Source of the DNA: Pseudomonadales bacterium
Lineage (GTDB): Bacteria > Pseudomonadota > Gammaproteobacteria > Pseudomonadales > DC-out160
NCBI GenBank assembly: GCA_019090455.1
Contig: JAHRWA010000026.1
Coordinates: 1,431-65,430, forward strand
DNA: 64,000 nucleotides
Reading direction: 5' to 3'
Below are positions 6,788-16,903 of the stretch, piece after piece; within the stretch, counting starts at the first letter, position 1; each line of letters begins with the position of its first letter. The position numbers and the translations under genes are program-made. Under the pieces are notes generated by a model that did no database searches, was not told the DNA's origin, and was given only the letters and a program-made list of their open reading frames with translations.

Positions 6788-7970
6788 TAATGGCTACCCC
6801 AACCATCATGCCAGGCTTGAGTAAGTTATCCTGTTGTTGGATTGCAATTTTGATCGGTAACCGTTGGGTGACCTTGGTAAAATTTCCGCTAGGGTTAGTG
6901 CTGGGAAGGAGCGAGTAGAGGCTGGTAGCGGAGTCGCCGATCCGAATGATCTCGCCAGTGAATATTGTGTCGGGGTAGGCATCGACGCTGATCTCTACGG
7001 TTTGGCCTAATTTAATATGGCGGATTTGCGTTTCTTTAATGTTGGCGCTGACCCACACCTTAAGCGGATTGTGCATCAGTAATAGTCGTCTACCGGGCTG
7101 AATGAATTCACCGGTATCCACAAATATCTTGTCAACGATACCGTCGTGGGGTGCTCTAATGGTGAGGTCTTTAAATTCAACTTCTTGTTGTGCCAGTATT
7201 AGTGCAAGTGCTGCCCGCTGATGTTTCAATTTGAGTAGGCCGCTTTCTAATACTTTTAATTGGGTTTGATCGGCTTGGGCTTCAACCAGCTTGGCTTGTG
7301 TGGTTGCCACACCACTGGTTGCAGCTTGGTGACTTTGTTTCGCTTTTCGAAATTGTGTTTGAGCGGATTCCCAGCCTTGTTGTGAAATGATGTTTTTGTC
7401 TTTTAATAGTTGCGCACGTTTCCACTCATTGGAGCGAAACTCTAACTCTGATGCCATTGATAGCAATGTGGCTTGTGAAACGGATTTTTGAGATTTCGCT
7501 GACTCCAGAGCCCCGTCTGTTTGTTTTTCTACCATCTGCATCATGGCTTCCTGGGTTGCGTATTCTGCATCTACAGCCGCTAGGTTTTCTTGTAGTTCTT
7601 GTATTTTTAGCTGACGTTCTCGATCATCAATGGAGGCGATGATATCACCTGAGGAGAGGCTATCACCGGTGGAGACAGCGACGTCGACGAGCAAACCGGA
7701 GGAGGTACTGCTGATATCTATCATGTCTGCCGCGATACGGGCATCTTCCGTATAAACATGCGTGTAACGTTGCAGGATCCAATAAGCGCCGGCGATACAC
7801 AGGATGACAGCAAAAAGAGCAGCGATGCGCCTTTTAGACCCTTTGAGTTTCTGCGCAGCACCGTCATCGTTCTTGCCTGAATTTGGCTGAAGAGTTGCGT
7901 CGCCCTTACTGTCCGAATCGGTGCCGTTCTTGTCTGTGGTTGTCGCGGGATGTTGTGTGACTGTGCTCAT
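6777..7970 (-). CDS. HlyD-family membrane fusion protein (EmrA-like)
   Basis: N-terminal TM anchor, long coiled-coil middle, and C-terminal GNFTKVTQRLPIKIAI motif typical of EmrA-type adaptors. Confidence 0.85.
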   Translation of the reverse strand: MSTVTQHPATTTDKNGTDSDSKGDATLQPNSGKNDDGAAQKLKGSKRRIAALFAVILCIAGAYWILQRYTHVYTEDARIAADMIDISSTSSGLLVDVAVSTGDSLSSGDIIASIDDRERQLKIQELQENLAAVDAEYATQEAMMQMVEKQTDGALESAKSQKSVSQATLLSMASELEFRSNEWKRAQLLKDKNIISQQGWESAQTQFRKAKQSHQAATSGVATTQAKLVEAQADQTQLKVLESGLLKLKHQRAALALILAQQEVEFKDLTIRAPHDGIVDKIFVDTGEFIQPGRRLLLMHNPLKVWVSANIKETQIRHIKLGQTVEISVDAYPDTIFTGEIIRIGDSATSLYSLLPSTNPSGNFTKVTQRLPIKIAIQQQDNLLKPGMMVGVAINVR

Positions 7971-7979
7971 TAATACCTC

Positions 7980-9065
7980 TTATGATCTTTCCATTAGCGG
8001 TTTGCCTGGTAGCCGTTTTACTTCAGGCATGACTTCGCGGCAAAATAAACGCATGCTTTTTTCCACATCGGCATAGGGCATTCCGGCATAACTAAAGACG
8101 CCGTTGTAGGCACCCGCGCCCGTTCTTTCAGTGAAAAGTCGTATACGGTCGTAGCATTGTTCTGGAGTTCCCCAGACTTGAATGCTCATAAAGAAATCGA
8201 TCATGCCTTGAACGTCAGCATTGGCCATATCTTGCATGGCGACGTAGGATTCATAACCTTTGGTATCTTTGAAATGATTCCCCTGCATCTCATAGTGCTG
8301 GACTACTGTTAGGTAATAGCCACCAATATATTTCCGTGCCATTTCTTCTGCGCGTCCTGCATCTTCATCGCAAAAGGTCCAGCCTCCCAATATGGGTGCA
8401 GGAGCTTCTTCGGCGTGCACTTCTCGGTATATTGTTCGATAGTCGTTTAATTCTTTTTCAACGTGTTCCCACGGTTTTTGGGGAATAATGAGAATGCCGA
8501 CTCCTAATTCAGCCATGATTTTGGATGACTCGGGAGAGACTGCTGCAGCGTAGGTTCTGCCTTTGAAACTCTTGATTGGTGCTGGGCGAATATCGCGTGC
8601 TTCTTGTTTTATTAATCGGCCGTCAAATTCACAAACGCCTGTCTCGAGGCCTTGTAAGATCATTTGAGCTGATTCGGTGAAGTATTCACGGCTTTCATTC
8701 ATGTCACGTCGAAAGCCTTCAAATTCAACTCGACCTAGGCCACGACCGATACCTAAAATAAACCGACCATCTGACATGTTATCGAGTAGAGAAATTTCTT
8801 CCGCGACGCGCATGGGGTCGTGCCAAGGTAAGACAATGACCATGGAGCCTAATAATAGCTTTTCGCTTTTCGCCGCAAAATAAGTGAGATATTGCAGAAC
8901 ATCGGGGCACATTGTGTAGTCGGTAAAATGATGCTCAACTCCCCATATCGATTGAAAGCCCAGTTCCTCAGCCATTAGACCCAGACGTATTTCATTATCG
9001 TAGACGTACTTATCCGTCATTGACGGATCGGAGCCTTGAAATATCAGCGCTAGTCCTACATCCAT
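7980..9065 (-). CDS. LLM-class (luciferase-like) flavin-dependent oxidoreductase
   Basis: Track ORF is 7980..9098. An ATG at 9065 preceded by AGGAG gives MDVGLALIFQG. The sequence FQSIWGVEHHFTDY...VLPWHDP is typical of bacterial luciferase-like monooxygenases. Confidence 0.8.
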   Translation of the reverse strand: MDVGLALIFQGSDPSMTDKYVYDNEIRLGLMAEELGFQSIWGVEHHFTDYTMCPDVLQYLTYFAAKSEKLLLGSMVIVLPWHDPMRVAEEISLLDNMSDGRFILGIGRGLGRVEFEGFRRDMNESREYFTESAQMILQGLETGVCEFDGRLIKQEARDIRPAPIKSFKGRTYAAAVSPESSKIMAELGVGILIIPQKPWEHVEKELNDYRTIYREVHAEEAPAPILGGWTFCDEDAGRAEEMARKYIGGYYLTVVQHYEMQGNHFKDTKGYESYVAMQDMANADVQGMIDFFMSIQVWGTPEQCYDRIRLFTERTGAGAYNGVFSYAGMPYADVEKSMRLFCREVMPEVKRLPGKPLMERS

Positions 9066-9413
9066 GTTGCTTCTCCTTTTTTTCAATTCAGTGATCAAAA
9101 ATTCAGTCTTTAAAAAGTAAATGTTGTAAAAACAAGTTTTTAAAAATAGGTATTCGAGACTTTAAGTCAGCGAGGACATCGGTGGAATTTATAATAATAA
9201 ACGCCTAGAACGCTGGCTTGATAGGTGACTAAAATCCATTTTGCGAAAAGGGTTGCGTATCATAACCTATTTTCACTGACCGGGAGAGGGAAGGGGCATC
9301 TGCACTGTTCAATATTGTAAAGCGACGATTTTTTTAGCAGGATATTTTATAAGGCTGACTTGAAAAATGTTAGCATCACAATTTAGCCAACCCGTTACCA
9401 TGAGAATTGTATT

Positions 9414-9995
9414 ATGAATTCAGATTCACGCGAAAGCAGTGCAGCTGTAGGGGATATACTTGGGTTCCTGAGTCAGCGTCGTTCCCAGCCGTTATTAAGT
9501 TCACCCGCTCCAGACAAAGCGGAGATAGAGACTATCGTTGAATCTGCTTTGCATGTGCCAGATCATAAACGCTTATCGCCATGGCGGGTAATTGCTGTTG
9601 AGGAGGGGCAACGAGACAAGTTGGCTGGTTTGTGGAATCAATTTGCCGTCATGGAAAACAAAGATGAGAATAAACTTAAAAAGAAAGCAGCGCGTGCGCC
9701 TTTAATTTTAATTTGCATTGCCTCTATTGTGGATCATCCTAAGGTGCCCGAAAGTGAACAAGTCATTACCGCAGGCATTGCTGCTTATACCATGTTAATG
9801 GCCGCGAATGGCTTGGGTTATCAAGGTTACTGGCGTACGGGAACGCTGGCTTATGATCGGAATGTCTACTCAGCATTGGGTCTGACTGAGAGCGAATCCA
9901 TTGTGGGTTATTTATATCTGGGATCAGGTGTAGCGAATACGAGGTCTCGCCCTGAAGGGAAAACGTTGCAGGATAAGTTAAGCTATTTTGTTTAA
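9414..9995 (+). CDS. Nitroreductase-family protein
   Basis: RRSQPLL...VESALHVPDHKRLSPWRVIAV matches the N-terminal nitroreductase signature. Length is 193 aa. Confidence 0.8.
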   Translation: MNSDSRESSAAVGDILGFLSQRRSQPLLSSPAPDKAEIETIVESALHVPDHKRLSPWRVIAVEEGQRDKLAGLWNQFAVMENKDENKLKKKAARAPLILICIASIVDHPKVPESEQVITAGIAAYTMLMAANGLGYQGYWRTGTLAYDRNVYSALGLTESESIVGYLYLGSGVANTRSRPEGKTLQDKLSYFV

Positions 9996-10004
9996 ACGTT
10001 CTCT

Positions 10005-10058
10005 CTATTGAATTTCTAAGACCTTAATGAATTTCTAAAACGTTAATGGATTTCTATG
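10005..10058. repeat. Three direct repeats of (t)taatg(a/g)atttcta at 19-bp spacing
   Basis: Copies lie at 10005-10020, 10024-10039 and 10043-10058. The last copy overlaps the 5-prime arm of the following hairpin. Confidence 0.6.
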
Positions 10059-10086
10059 GCATCAATAAATTTAATGCCATAGAAAT
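10050..10086 (+). terminator. Hairpin downstream of the nitroreductase gene (13-bp perfect stem)
   Basis: ATTTCTATGGCAT (10050-10062) pairs with ATGCCATAGAAAT (10074-10086). The following tract is A/T-rich but is not a clean U-run. Confidence 0.5.
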
Positions 10087-10431
10087 TTAAAATAATTTCA
10101 ATCTCTATTCTCCTTTCCGATTCTTTTTTTATTTATTGTCTCTCCCTAAAGGGATTCTCAATTCAGCATTATTAGTCAGTCTAGGCTCATCCATTCAACG
10201 CGCAGAGTCAGTTGCGGCCCATTGTGAAGGTGATGGAGCTATTTCATTAAGCTCGCCATTTGGTAGTTAGAGTGTCAATAATATTGAAGCGGAGTGAGCT
10301 TATAAAATTAAGTGGCACGGCTATAAAAATTTTGTTTACCCCTGGTGATTTATCCGTTAGCTTTGAAGTTCGGCGGGATTGCCGATGATCAAATTAAGTC
10401 GTCGTTAATGGAATAACGTTAGGTACTTGAT

Positions 10432-12039
10432 ATGCACAAAACAATGATAAGACGTGTTGTTTTATTTTTTCTTGTTGTCGCTTCTGCTCAAAGTCATGGG
10501 CAATTATTTCAAAATCTACTAATTGGTAATGCGAAAGCATTGGCGCTGGGTCAAGCGGTCACTGCTGATCCGCCAGGAATTGATTCGATTCATTTTAATC
10601 CTGCAGGCTTGACCCGATTGAAGGGTCGCCAAGTTGAGATAAAAGTTCTTGCTGCCGATTTTTCTCTTATCGGTGAATTTGAACTGAATAATCCAGATAT
10701 CATTAAACGTTATGATGAGTTGGAAATAGTCGATCCCATTGCCGGTAGGGAAAGTGATGTGGATGGTTTGGCCGTTTACTTGCCGGGTGGTGGGTTTACC
10801 GAAGTGCCTATTCCCTTAGCGCCTTTGGGAGGTGTCTCTTTCAATCGTAAAGGATCGAAGTGGACTTTTGCCAATTCCGTTTATGCGCCGATGGCTTTTG
10901 GGTTATCTCGTGGTGATGATAACCCAGGTAAAGTCTATGGTCGGGCTCTTGCTCTCTCCCGTATCACCTTTTTCTCGCCTTCCTTTGGCTACCAAGTGAC
11001 AGAGAATTTTTCTGTCGGCATGACGGCGACATTTTCGTTTACCGGGTTTGCTGCAGATTTCGCATATCGAGCATCTGGCGGTGTTATTAGGGAATTAGCG
11101 GAATTGTTGAATCAAACTTGTGGCCGTACGGATAGAACCGGTTTTGTATTGGAGGTACCTTTTATTAATGCCTGTGGAGGAGAGCTCAGTGCGTTTGAAA
11201 GCCTCTTCGATTTTCGAGCGGATATGAAAAAAAATGTGTCAACGACTATCAATATTGGGCTGTTGTGGGATGCGACAGACTGGTTGACTTTGGGGATGGT
11301 TTATCAGACAGAAGCGGTTGATTATCTAAAAGGTACCGTAGATATACAAATTTATGAGGGCTTGCTTGGTTTGCTAAATGGGCTGGCTGAAAACGAACCC
11401 TTGAAAACCATACTCGTGGATGCCGCTCACATGCCTGAGGATGGGCATTTGGTAGAATCGGGATCCATAAAATTAGTCACGCCACAGCATCTATCCTTTG
11501 GGATGAGTATGCAGGTATTGCCTAAGTTAAAATTTAATGTCGATGTTAAGTGGACTGAAACGAGTGAGTGGGAGCAATTAGATTTTCAAACCGATCAAAA
11601 TGTGGGGCTTTTCGCTTTGTTCACGATACTGCAAGTTCATGGAGCGGAACCTGATCATTTAACGGTACCCAGAGGGTATGTGGATACGGTGAATTGGGGC
11701 TTCGGTCTTGAGTATCAATATGATGCTAAAACAGCGATACGATTTGGTTATGAGCCGCGTAAAACAGGTATACCTGACGATAAGAGAGACTTTACTGTTC
11801 CTCTTGCGGATCTTGATGTTTATGCGGTGGGCTTCAGTCGTAATTTAAGTAAAACAAGTTCCTTTGATCTCACCATTGCTACCACTAGCAGTGATATGTA
11901 CATCCCGTCAGGCTCGAGTACTAATGGAAATGATCATACCAATATTAATAACTTTATTTATCACCCGACATCAGGTTTGGATACACGGTCTAGTTTGAGT
12001 ATCTTTCTGGTTGAAACTAGTTATCGGAAACACTTTTAG
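10432..12039 (+). CDS. Outer-membrane transport protein, OmpP1/FadL/TodX family
   Basis: Signal peptide, N-terminal hatch-like ALALGQAVTADPPGIDSIHFNPAGL (NPAGL motif), beta-rich sequence and a terminal aromatic residue (F). Confidence 0.75.
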   Translation: MHKTMIRRVVLFFLVVASAQSHGQLFQNLLIGNAKALALGQAVTADPPGIDSIHFNPAGLTRLKGRQVEIKVLAADFSLIGEFELNNPDIIKRYDELEIVDPIAGRESDVDGLAVYLPGGGFTEVPIPLAPLGGVSFNRKGSKWTFANSVYAPMAFGLSRGDDNPGKVYGRALALSRITFFSPSFGYQVTENFSVGMTATFSFTGFAADFAYRASGGVIRELAELLNQTCGRTDRTGFVLEVPFINACGGELSAFESLFDFRADMKKNVSTTINIGLLWDATDWLTLGMVYQTEAVDYLKGTVDIQIYEGLLGLLNGLAENEPLKTILVDAAHMPEDGHLVESGSIKLVTPQHLSFGMSMQVLPKLKFNVDVKWTETSEWEQLDFQTDQNVGLFALFTILQVHGAEPDHLTVPRGYVDTVNWGFGLEYQYDAKTAIRFGYEPRKTGIPDDKRDFTVPLADLDVYAVGFSRNLSKTSSFDLTIATTSSDMYIPSGSSTNGNDHTNINNFIYHPTSGLDTRSSLSIFLVETSYRKHF

Positions 12040-12109
12040 TCCAATCCCTGTTGCGCTAAAAAGTTGATGGATCATTAATCTCTAATGATCCATCAAGATT
12101 GGAATAAAG

Positions 12110-13516
12110 TTACGCTCTTTTAACGTTGATAACTTGTATCTCAGTTGAACCCTCTACTCCCCAACGACCGTTAATGTAGCCAATGCCTGACCATTTAGAT
12201 CCGCCAAAGGGAACCATTGGATTCAACGCTAAATGCTGATTGACCCAAGCAGTACCACATTCTAGTTGTTGTGCGACTTCCGTTGCCTTATCAATATCGC
12301 CTGACCATACAGAACCACCTAAACCGTAATTCGTGTTGTTGGCACGAGTGATGGCTTCATCGGTATCTGAGAATGAAAGAATAGGCAGTACGGGACCGAA
12401 CTGTTCCTCCGCTACGATACGGGTGCTATCGTCTACATCCGTAATAATTGTATTGGCAAAGCAATATCCATTATCGCTAAGTTGATCGCCACCCGTCACA
12501 ATGGTTGCGCCATTGTTGCGGGCATCGTTCACCAACTCTCTGACGCGATCAAATTGAGGTTTGTTATTAATAGGCCCAAGACGATTACCCTCAACCATTC
12601 CGTCACCGACGGAGGTTTTGCTTGCCATTTCGGCCATGGCTTCGACTAAGTTGGAATAGACAGATTCATGAGCATAGACACGTTTGGCTGCGATACAGAC
12701 TTGGCCAGAATTGGTGAACGCGCCCCAAAAAAGGCTCTTGGCAACTTGTTTAACGTTAACGTCACTTAGCACGATAGCAGCATCATTACCGCCCAGCTCA
12801 AGGGTAATTCGCTTCAGGTCGGGTGCTGCGGCAGCGGCGACTTTTTTTCCGGTATTCACTGATCCCGTGAAATCTATTTTGCGGACTGATGGATGTGCCG
12901 TGAGATGAGAGCCTAGAGGATCACTACCTGAAATGATATTGAGTACGCCGGGTGGTAATGCAGATTGGACAGCTTCAGCGACTAGCAATGTGGAGAGTGG
13001 CGTAAACGGTGAAGGTTTGAGTATGACGGTATTCCCTGAAATGAGTGCTGTTGCTACTTTGCCCATCGCGATGGAGACAGGGAAATTCCAAGGTGTGATG
13101 GTGGCGACGACTCCGTAAGGTTTACGGTGCACTTCAAGTAAACCTTTGGGAGAATCTTGGACAACTTCAACGGGCATGGTTAGATTGGCAGACAATTGAA
13201 TTTGCATCACAGAGCCCATTATTTCCATCTTCGATTGGCTCAGGGGCTTGCCTTGTTCTAGTGTGAGGACTTCAGCAATTCTTTCGCTGTTCGCTTGAAT
13301 CGCGTTAGCCATCGCCATTAGGGCTTCTTTACGTTTAGCAATGTCGCTCTTCCATGCGGGAAATGCTTGCTCTGCAGCTTCTACCGCCTGATTGACTTGT
13401 TCTATACTACACTCTGGGGCTCGGGCAAAAACCTCTCCGTTAGCGGGATTGATGACAGGGAAACTGTCTTTCGTTCTAATCAAATCACCATTAATTAGTA
13501 AACTGTAATCACTCAT
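12110..13516 (-). CDS. NAD(P)-dependent aldehyde dehydrogenase
   Basis: ELGGNDA glutamate motif, catalytic-Cys segment FTNSGQVCIAAKR and EEQFGPVLP. Length is 468 aa. Confidence 0.9.
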   Translation of the reverse strand: MSDYSLLINGDLIRTKDSFPVINPANGEVFARAPECSIEQVNQAVEAAEQAFPAWKSDIAKRKEALMAMANAIQANSERIAEVLTLEQGKPLSQSKMEIMGSVMQIQLSANLTMPVEVVQDSPKGLLEVHRKPYGVVATITPWNFPVSIAMGKVATALISGNTVILKPSPFTPLSTLLVAEAVQSALPPGVLNIISGSDPLGSHLTAHPSVRKIDFTGSVNTGKKVAAAAAPDLKRITLELGGNDAAIVLSDVNVKQVAKSLFWGAFTNSGQVCIAAKRVYAHESVYSNLVEAMAEMASKTSVGDGMVEGNRLGPINNKPQFDRVRELVNDARNNGATIVTGGDQLSDNGYCFANTIITDVDDSTRIVAEEQFGPVLPILSFSDTDEAITRANNTNYGLGGSVWSGDIDKATEVAQQLECGTAWVNQHLALNPMVPFGGSKWSGIGYINGRWGVEGSTEIQVINVKRA

Positions 13517-13677
13517 TTTAAAATCTCCATTTTTTATTTAATATACAAGGATCAGCCGGAAACCAGTATAAACAGAGCTTTCAGGGATTGATACGAAACA
13601 TTAAAGTGATGCATCTGAAAAGTTAGACAGGCCAAAAGTGTGCTACTAATATACTGATAAGAGATAGGCATGATCAT

Positions 13678-13729
13678 AGTTAAAGTGATAGTTAAAGTGA
13701 TAGCTAAAGCTAAAGTGATAGTTAAAAAT
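13678..13729. repeat. Tandem 12-bp repeat AGTTAAAGTGAT (about 4.5 units, two degenerate)
   Basis: Units lie at 13678-13689, 13690-13701, 13702-13709 (truncated), 13710-13719 and 13720-13729. An isolated ttaaagtgat lies at 13601-13610. The tract is 25 nt upstream of the msrA start. Confidence 0.8.
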
Positions 13730-13754
13730 AAGAGTCAGTTTTTAATACGGGAAT

Positions 13755-14378
13755 ATGTTGATGGGAATTATCATCCGACAAGTACTTAGGTTTTTCTGTT
13801 CAATTGCACTATTGAATTTTTCAATGATGGCCTATGCCGATACTGCGGTATTAGCCGGGGGCTGTTTTTGGTGTATGGAATCTGATTTTGAAAAACTAGA
13901 AGGTGTGACTAACGTGGTGTCTGGTTTTACGGGAGGTACGTTAAAGAATCCGACTTACAATGGTAATCATAAGGGTCATTATGAAGCAGTTGAAATACAG
14001 TATGACCCTAGCAAGGTGACTTACAAAGAGCTGCTAAATCATTTCTGGATTAACATTGATCCCTTTGATGCAAAAGGCCAGTTTTGTGATAAAGGGTTCA
14101 GTTATCTCAGTGCCGTTTTTGTGGCTGACGAAAGGCAAAAGAAAATTGCGGAGCAGTCCCGAAAAGAGGTTGTTGGGATGTTTCCCAATAACAGCGTGGT
14201 TACACCCATTCTAGAAGCTTCCGTTTTTTATCCTATTGCGGGAAAAGAAAGTGGTCATCAGGATTATTATAAAAATAATCCTATTCGTTATAAAGCCTAT
14301 CGTTGGAACTGTGGCCGGGACAAACGCTTAAGGGAAATCTGGGGTGATGCGCCGAAAGCTAGGTTTAGTCTTAAGTAA
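13755..14378 (+). CDS. msrA: Peptide-methionine (S)-S-oxide reductase MsrA with N-terminal signal peptide
   Basis: GGCFWCMESDFEK active-site motif preceded by a hydrophobic leader ending in AYA. Confidence 0.9.
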   Translation: MLMGIIIRQVLRFFCSIALLNFSMMAYADTAVLAGGCFWCMESDFEKLEGVTNVVSGFTGGTLKNPTYNGNHKGHYEAVEIQYDPSKVTYKELLNHFWINIDPFDAKGQFCDKGFSYLSAVFVADERQKKIAEQSRKEVVGMFPNNSVVTPILEASVFYPIAGKESGHQDYYKNNPIRYKAYRWNCGRDKRLREIWGDAPKARFSLK

Positions 14379-14387
14379 TGTTTAGTC

Positions 14388-15263
14388 TTAGGTAATGTCA
14401 AAATGGGCAAAGTAGCAGCCGGCAACGGATTCTAGCCCATCGTTTCGATCTGCGAAATACTGTTCATATTGTTGTTCTGGAGACATGTTTTCTCTTAGGG
14501 TATATCCCAGTTCACAGACGTCTTTAATAAATTGTTCTGTCGTAAAATTATTGTCGATAAGCGGTTCGCCGGATAATTGTGTGTAAGCTTGTAGCAGCCT
14601 AATTTTGTATTTTTGACCTCTCATTATTTCATCGAAAGAGGTGGCGTAATCGAAAGTCAGCTCACTGGATTTGGCGGCAACTTGGACCAACGCATTGAGT
14701 GTCGAAAATATAGCTTCTTTGGACAAGTAAACGGTGACGCCTAGCCAGTAAAAAAAGGCAGGCTGACTTGAATCAAAACTGGATTTTTTCAGCGCAGAGG
14801 CAAGATCTTCTCGTTCTAGATCGGCGGCTACAAACTCTAGGTTAGGCGGGATTTCTATACCGGCTTTAGCCAGTTGTGCTTGTTTGAAACGTTGACTGCC
14901 AGGATGATCAATTTCGTAAACGGTAACAGAGTCTTTTAGCTCCGGATGGCTTAGGCAAAAACTGTCTAAGCCAGCACCGATGACGACTACCTGTTTCATT
15001 CCTCCTTTTATAGCAGCCAGTGCGCGATCTTCTGTGAATCGTGCTCTTGCTAACACTTGACCTTTGATGGGTGTCAATGGCCGCATTAGAGTGCCGAAGA
15101 CAATTTTATTTAAGACGGAATTGGTCACCGCTTTTTGCCAGGGGAGGGTGGATAAAGGCAGTGCAAAACGATCCGCAAAAACCACGGGAGTATCATCTTG
15201 AAGGTGTGATGCTCTGACTGCTGCAGCACCTTCTGCGGTACGACTGCGTTGAATTTGTTTCAT
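14388..15263 (-). CDS. Class I SAM-dependent methyltransferase (LCMT/TIGR00027-like)
   Basis: VVVIGAGLDSF SAM motif, YEIDHP and FYWLGVTVYL, typical of the O-methyltransferase family related to leucine carboxyl methyltransferases. Confidence 0.7.
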   Translation of the reverse strand: MKQIQRSRTAEGAAAVRASHLQDDTPVVFADRFALPLSTLPWQKAVTNSVLNKIVFGTLMRPLTPIKGQVLARARFTEDRALAAIKGGMKQVVVIGAGLDSFCLSHPELKDSVTVYEIDHPGSQRFKQAQLAKAGIEIPPNLEFVAADLEREDLASALKKSSFDSSQPAFFYWLGVTVYLSKEAIFSTLNALVQVAAKSSELTFDYATSFDEIMRGQKYKIRLLQAYTQLSGEPLIDNNFTTEQFIKDVCELGYTLRENMSPEQQYEQYFADRNDGLESVAGCYFAHFDIT

Positions 15264-15390
15264 GGTAGTGTGATTCCGTAAAGGCCGAGAATAAACTGAG
15301 TCATCTTCAGAGATAATAGATGAGGAGTTTTGGCGAACGTGGGCACGATGAAAGTGCCCACAGTATAAGCGATACTGGGTGTAAACTAGA

Positions 15391-16842
15391 TTAAGAATAA
15401 ACTATGTCAGATTTTTCTAACGAGCTATAACGCAGGCTCTTAATATCTGCTAGATAGTTTTGATTCATTTTCCAGGGTGCGGTAATGCCTTGCTTAGGAA
15501 AGATATCTTTTGCACGGCTAATGTATCCTGCCTTTAAATCAAAGAAGGGTAAGTCGCTGACGGGAACGCCATTATTATTCGGTATGCATTGCTTATGGTT
15601 ATTGTCGCTCATATGTTTGAGTAGCCGAGAAATATATTCACTGGCTAAATCTGCTTTCAGAGTCCAGGACGCATTGGTATAGCCCATCGCGAAGCCTAAA
15701 TTAGGAACGTCTTGTAGCATGACGCCTTTGTAAACCATTTTGTCAGCTAGATTTAGAGGGACGTCATCCAGTGTGAATTTGACATCGCCCAGGGGAACCA
15801 TGTTAAGGCCGGTTGCGGTAACAATAATGTCGGCATCCAGTTCTTTGCCAGATTTTAAGCGTATGCCTTTTTCTGTGAAGGTATCAATATGGTCGGTGAC
15901 AATGTCTGCCTTACCACTTTTTAAAGCTTTGAAAAAATCGCCATCAGGCGCGAGACACATTCTTTCGTCCCAGGGATTGTAGTCAGGGGTTAGGTGCGTA
16001 TCGATGTCATAGTCTGGACCTAATTCATAAGTAATGTATTTGTTGATTAATTTCTTCATGACTTTGGGTTGACGTTGACTCAATTGGAAAATAGAAATTG
16101 CTAAACACACGTTTTTCCATCGAGTAATGTCATAATTGAGCTTTTGCGGCAAAATTTTGCCCAGCGTATTTGAAATGACATCTTTTTCTGGGAAACCGAC
16201 GATATAGGTGGGTGATCGTTGTAGCATGGTGATGTGAGAGACTTTTTCTGCCATTGAAGGCACCAGCGTAACGGCAGTGGCACCACTGCCGATAACAACG
16301 ACTTTTTTGCCTGAATAATCCAGATCCGTTGGCCACAACTGGGGATGAATAACCTGCCCTTTGAATTTGTCTTGGCCGTCAAAGCTAGGCGTATAACCTT
16401 TATCGTATTTGTAGTAGCCACTGCAAAGATAGAGGAAGTTACAGGTGTAGAAAAGGGTTTCTTCCGATGGTCTTAATTGCACTTCCACTGTCCATTGTGA
16501 ATTCTCAGTGGACCATGCGGCTGATTTGACGAAACTTTGATATTTGATGTGTTGTTCAATATCAAAGTTCTTAGCGGTTTCTTTTATGTAGCTTAGGATT
16601 GAAGGTCCGTCAGCGATAGCCTTGGGGTTCTTCCAGGGGCTAAACGAAAAACCTAAGGTATGCATGTCAGAATCAGAGCGTATTCCAGGATATTGAAAAA
16701 GGTCCCAAGTTCCCCCCATGGATTCTCTGCCTTCTAAAATGGCAAAGGTCTTACTGGGATTTTCTTTTTGCATGAAGTATCCGGCGCCGATGCCAGATAT
16801 TCCTGCACCTACAATTAATAAATCAAAATGTTCTGTGGCCAT
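15391..16842 (-). CDS. Type I Baeyer-Villiger (flavin-containing) monooxygenase
   Basis: Two Rossmann motifs (GAGISG, GSGATA) and the BVMO fingerprint FxGxxxHxxxWP, present as FKGQVIHPQLWP. Confidence 0.85.
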   Translation of the reverse strand: MATEHFDLLIVGAGISGIGAGYFMQKENPSKTFAILEGRESMGGTWDLFQYPGIRSDSDMHTLGFSFSPWKNPKAIADGPSILSYIKETAKNFDIEQHIKYQSFVKSAAWSTENSQWTVEVQLRPSEETLFYTCNFLYLCSGYYKYDKGYTPSFDGQDKFKGQVIHPQLWPTDLDYSGKKVVVIGSGATAVTLVPSMAEKVSHITMLQRSPTYIVGFPEKDVISNTLGKILPQKLNYDITRWKNVCLAISIFQLSQRQPKVMKKLINKYITYELGPDYDIDTHLTPDYNPWDERMCLAPDGDFFKALKSGKADIVTDHIDTFTEKGIRLKSGKELDADIIVTATGLNMVPLGDVKFTLDDVPLNLADKMVYKGVMLQDVPNLGFAMGYTNASWTLKADLASEYISRLLKHMSDNNHKQCIPNNNGVPVSDLPFFDLKAGYISRAKDIFPKQGITAPWKMNQNYLADIKSLRYSSLEKSDIVYS

Positions 16843-16903
16843 GGTTCTGTCTCTCGTTTCTTAGGTTTATTACTTGGCTACGCAATATCCGTCTGTAGAT
16901 ACG

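Noticed and set aside
13678-13729. Tandem repeats at 13678-13729 and 46283-46342 as possible mini-CRISPR arrays
   Set aside because: The units are contiguous at 12 and 15 bp with no spacers. One tract is in-frame inside a gene. These are simple tandem repeats.
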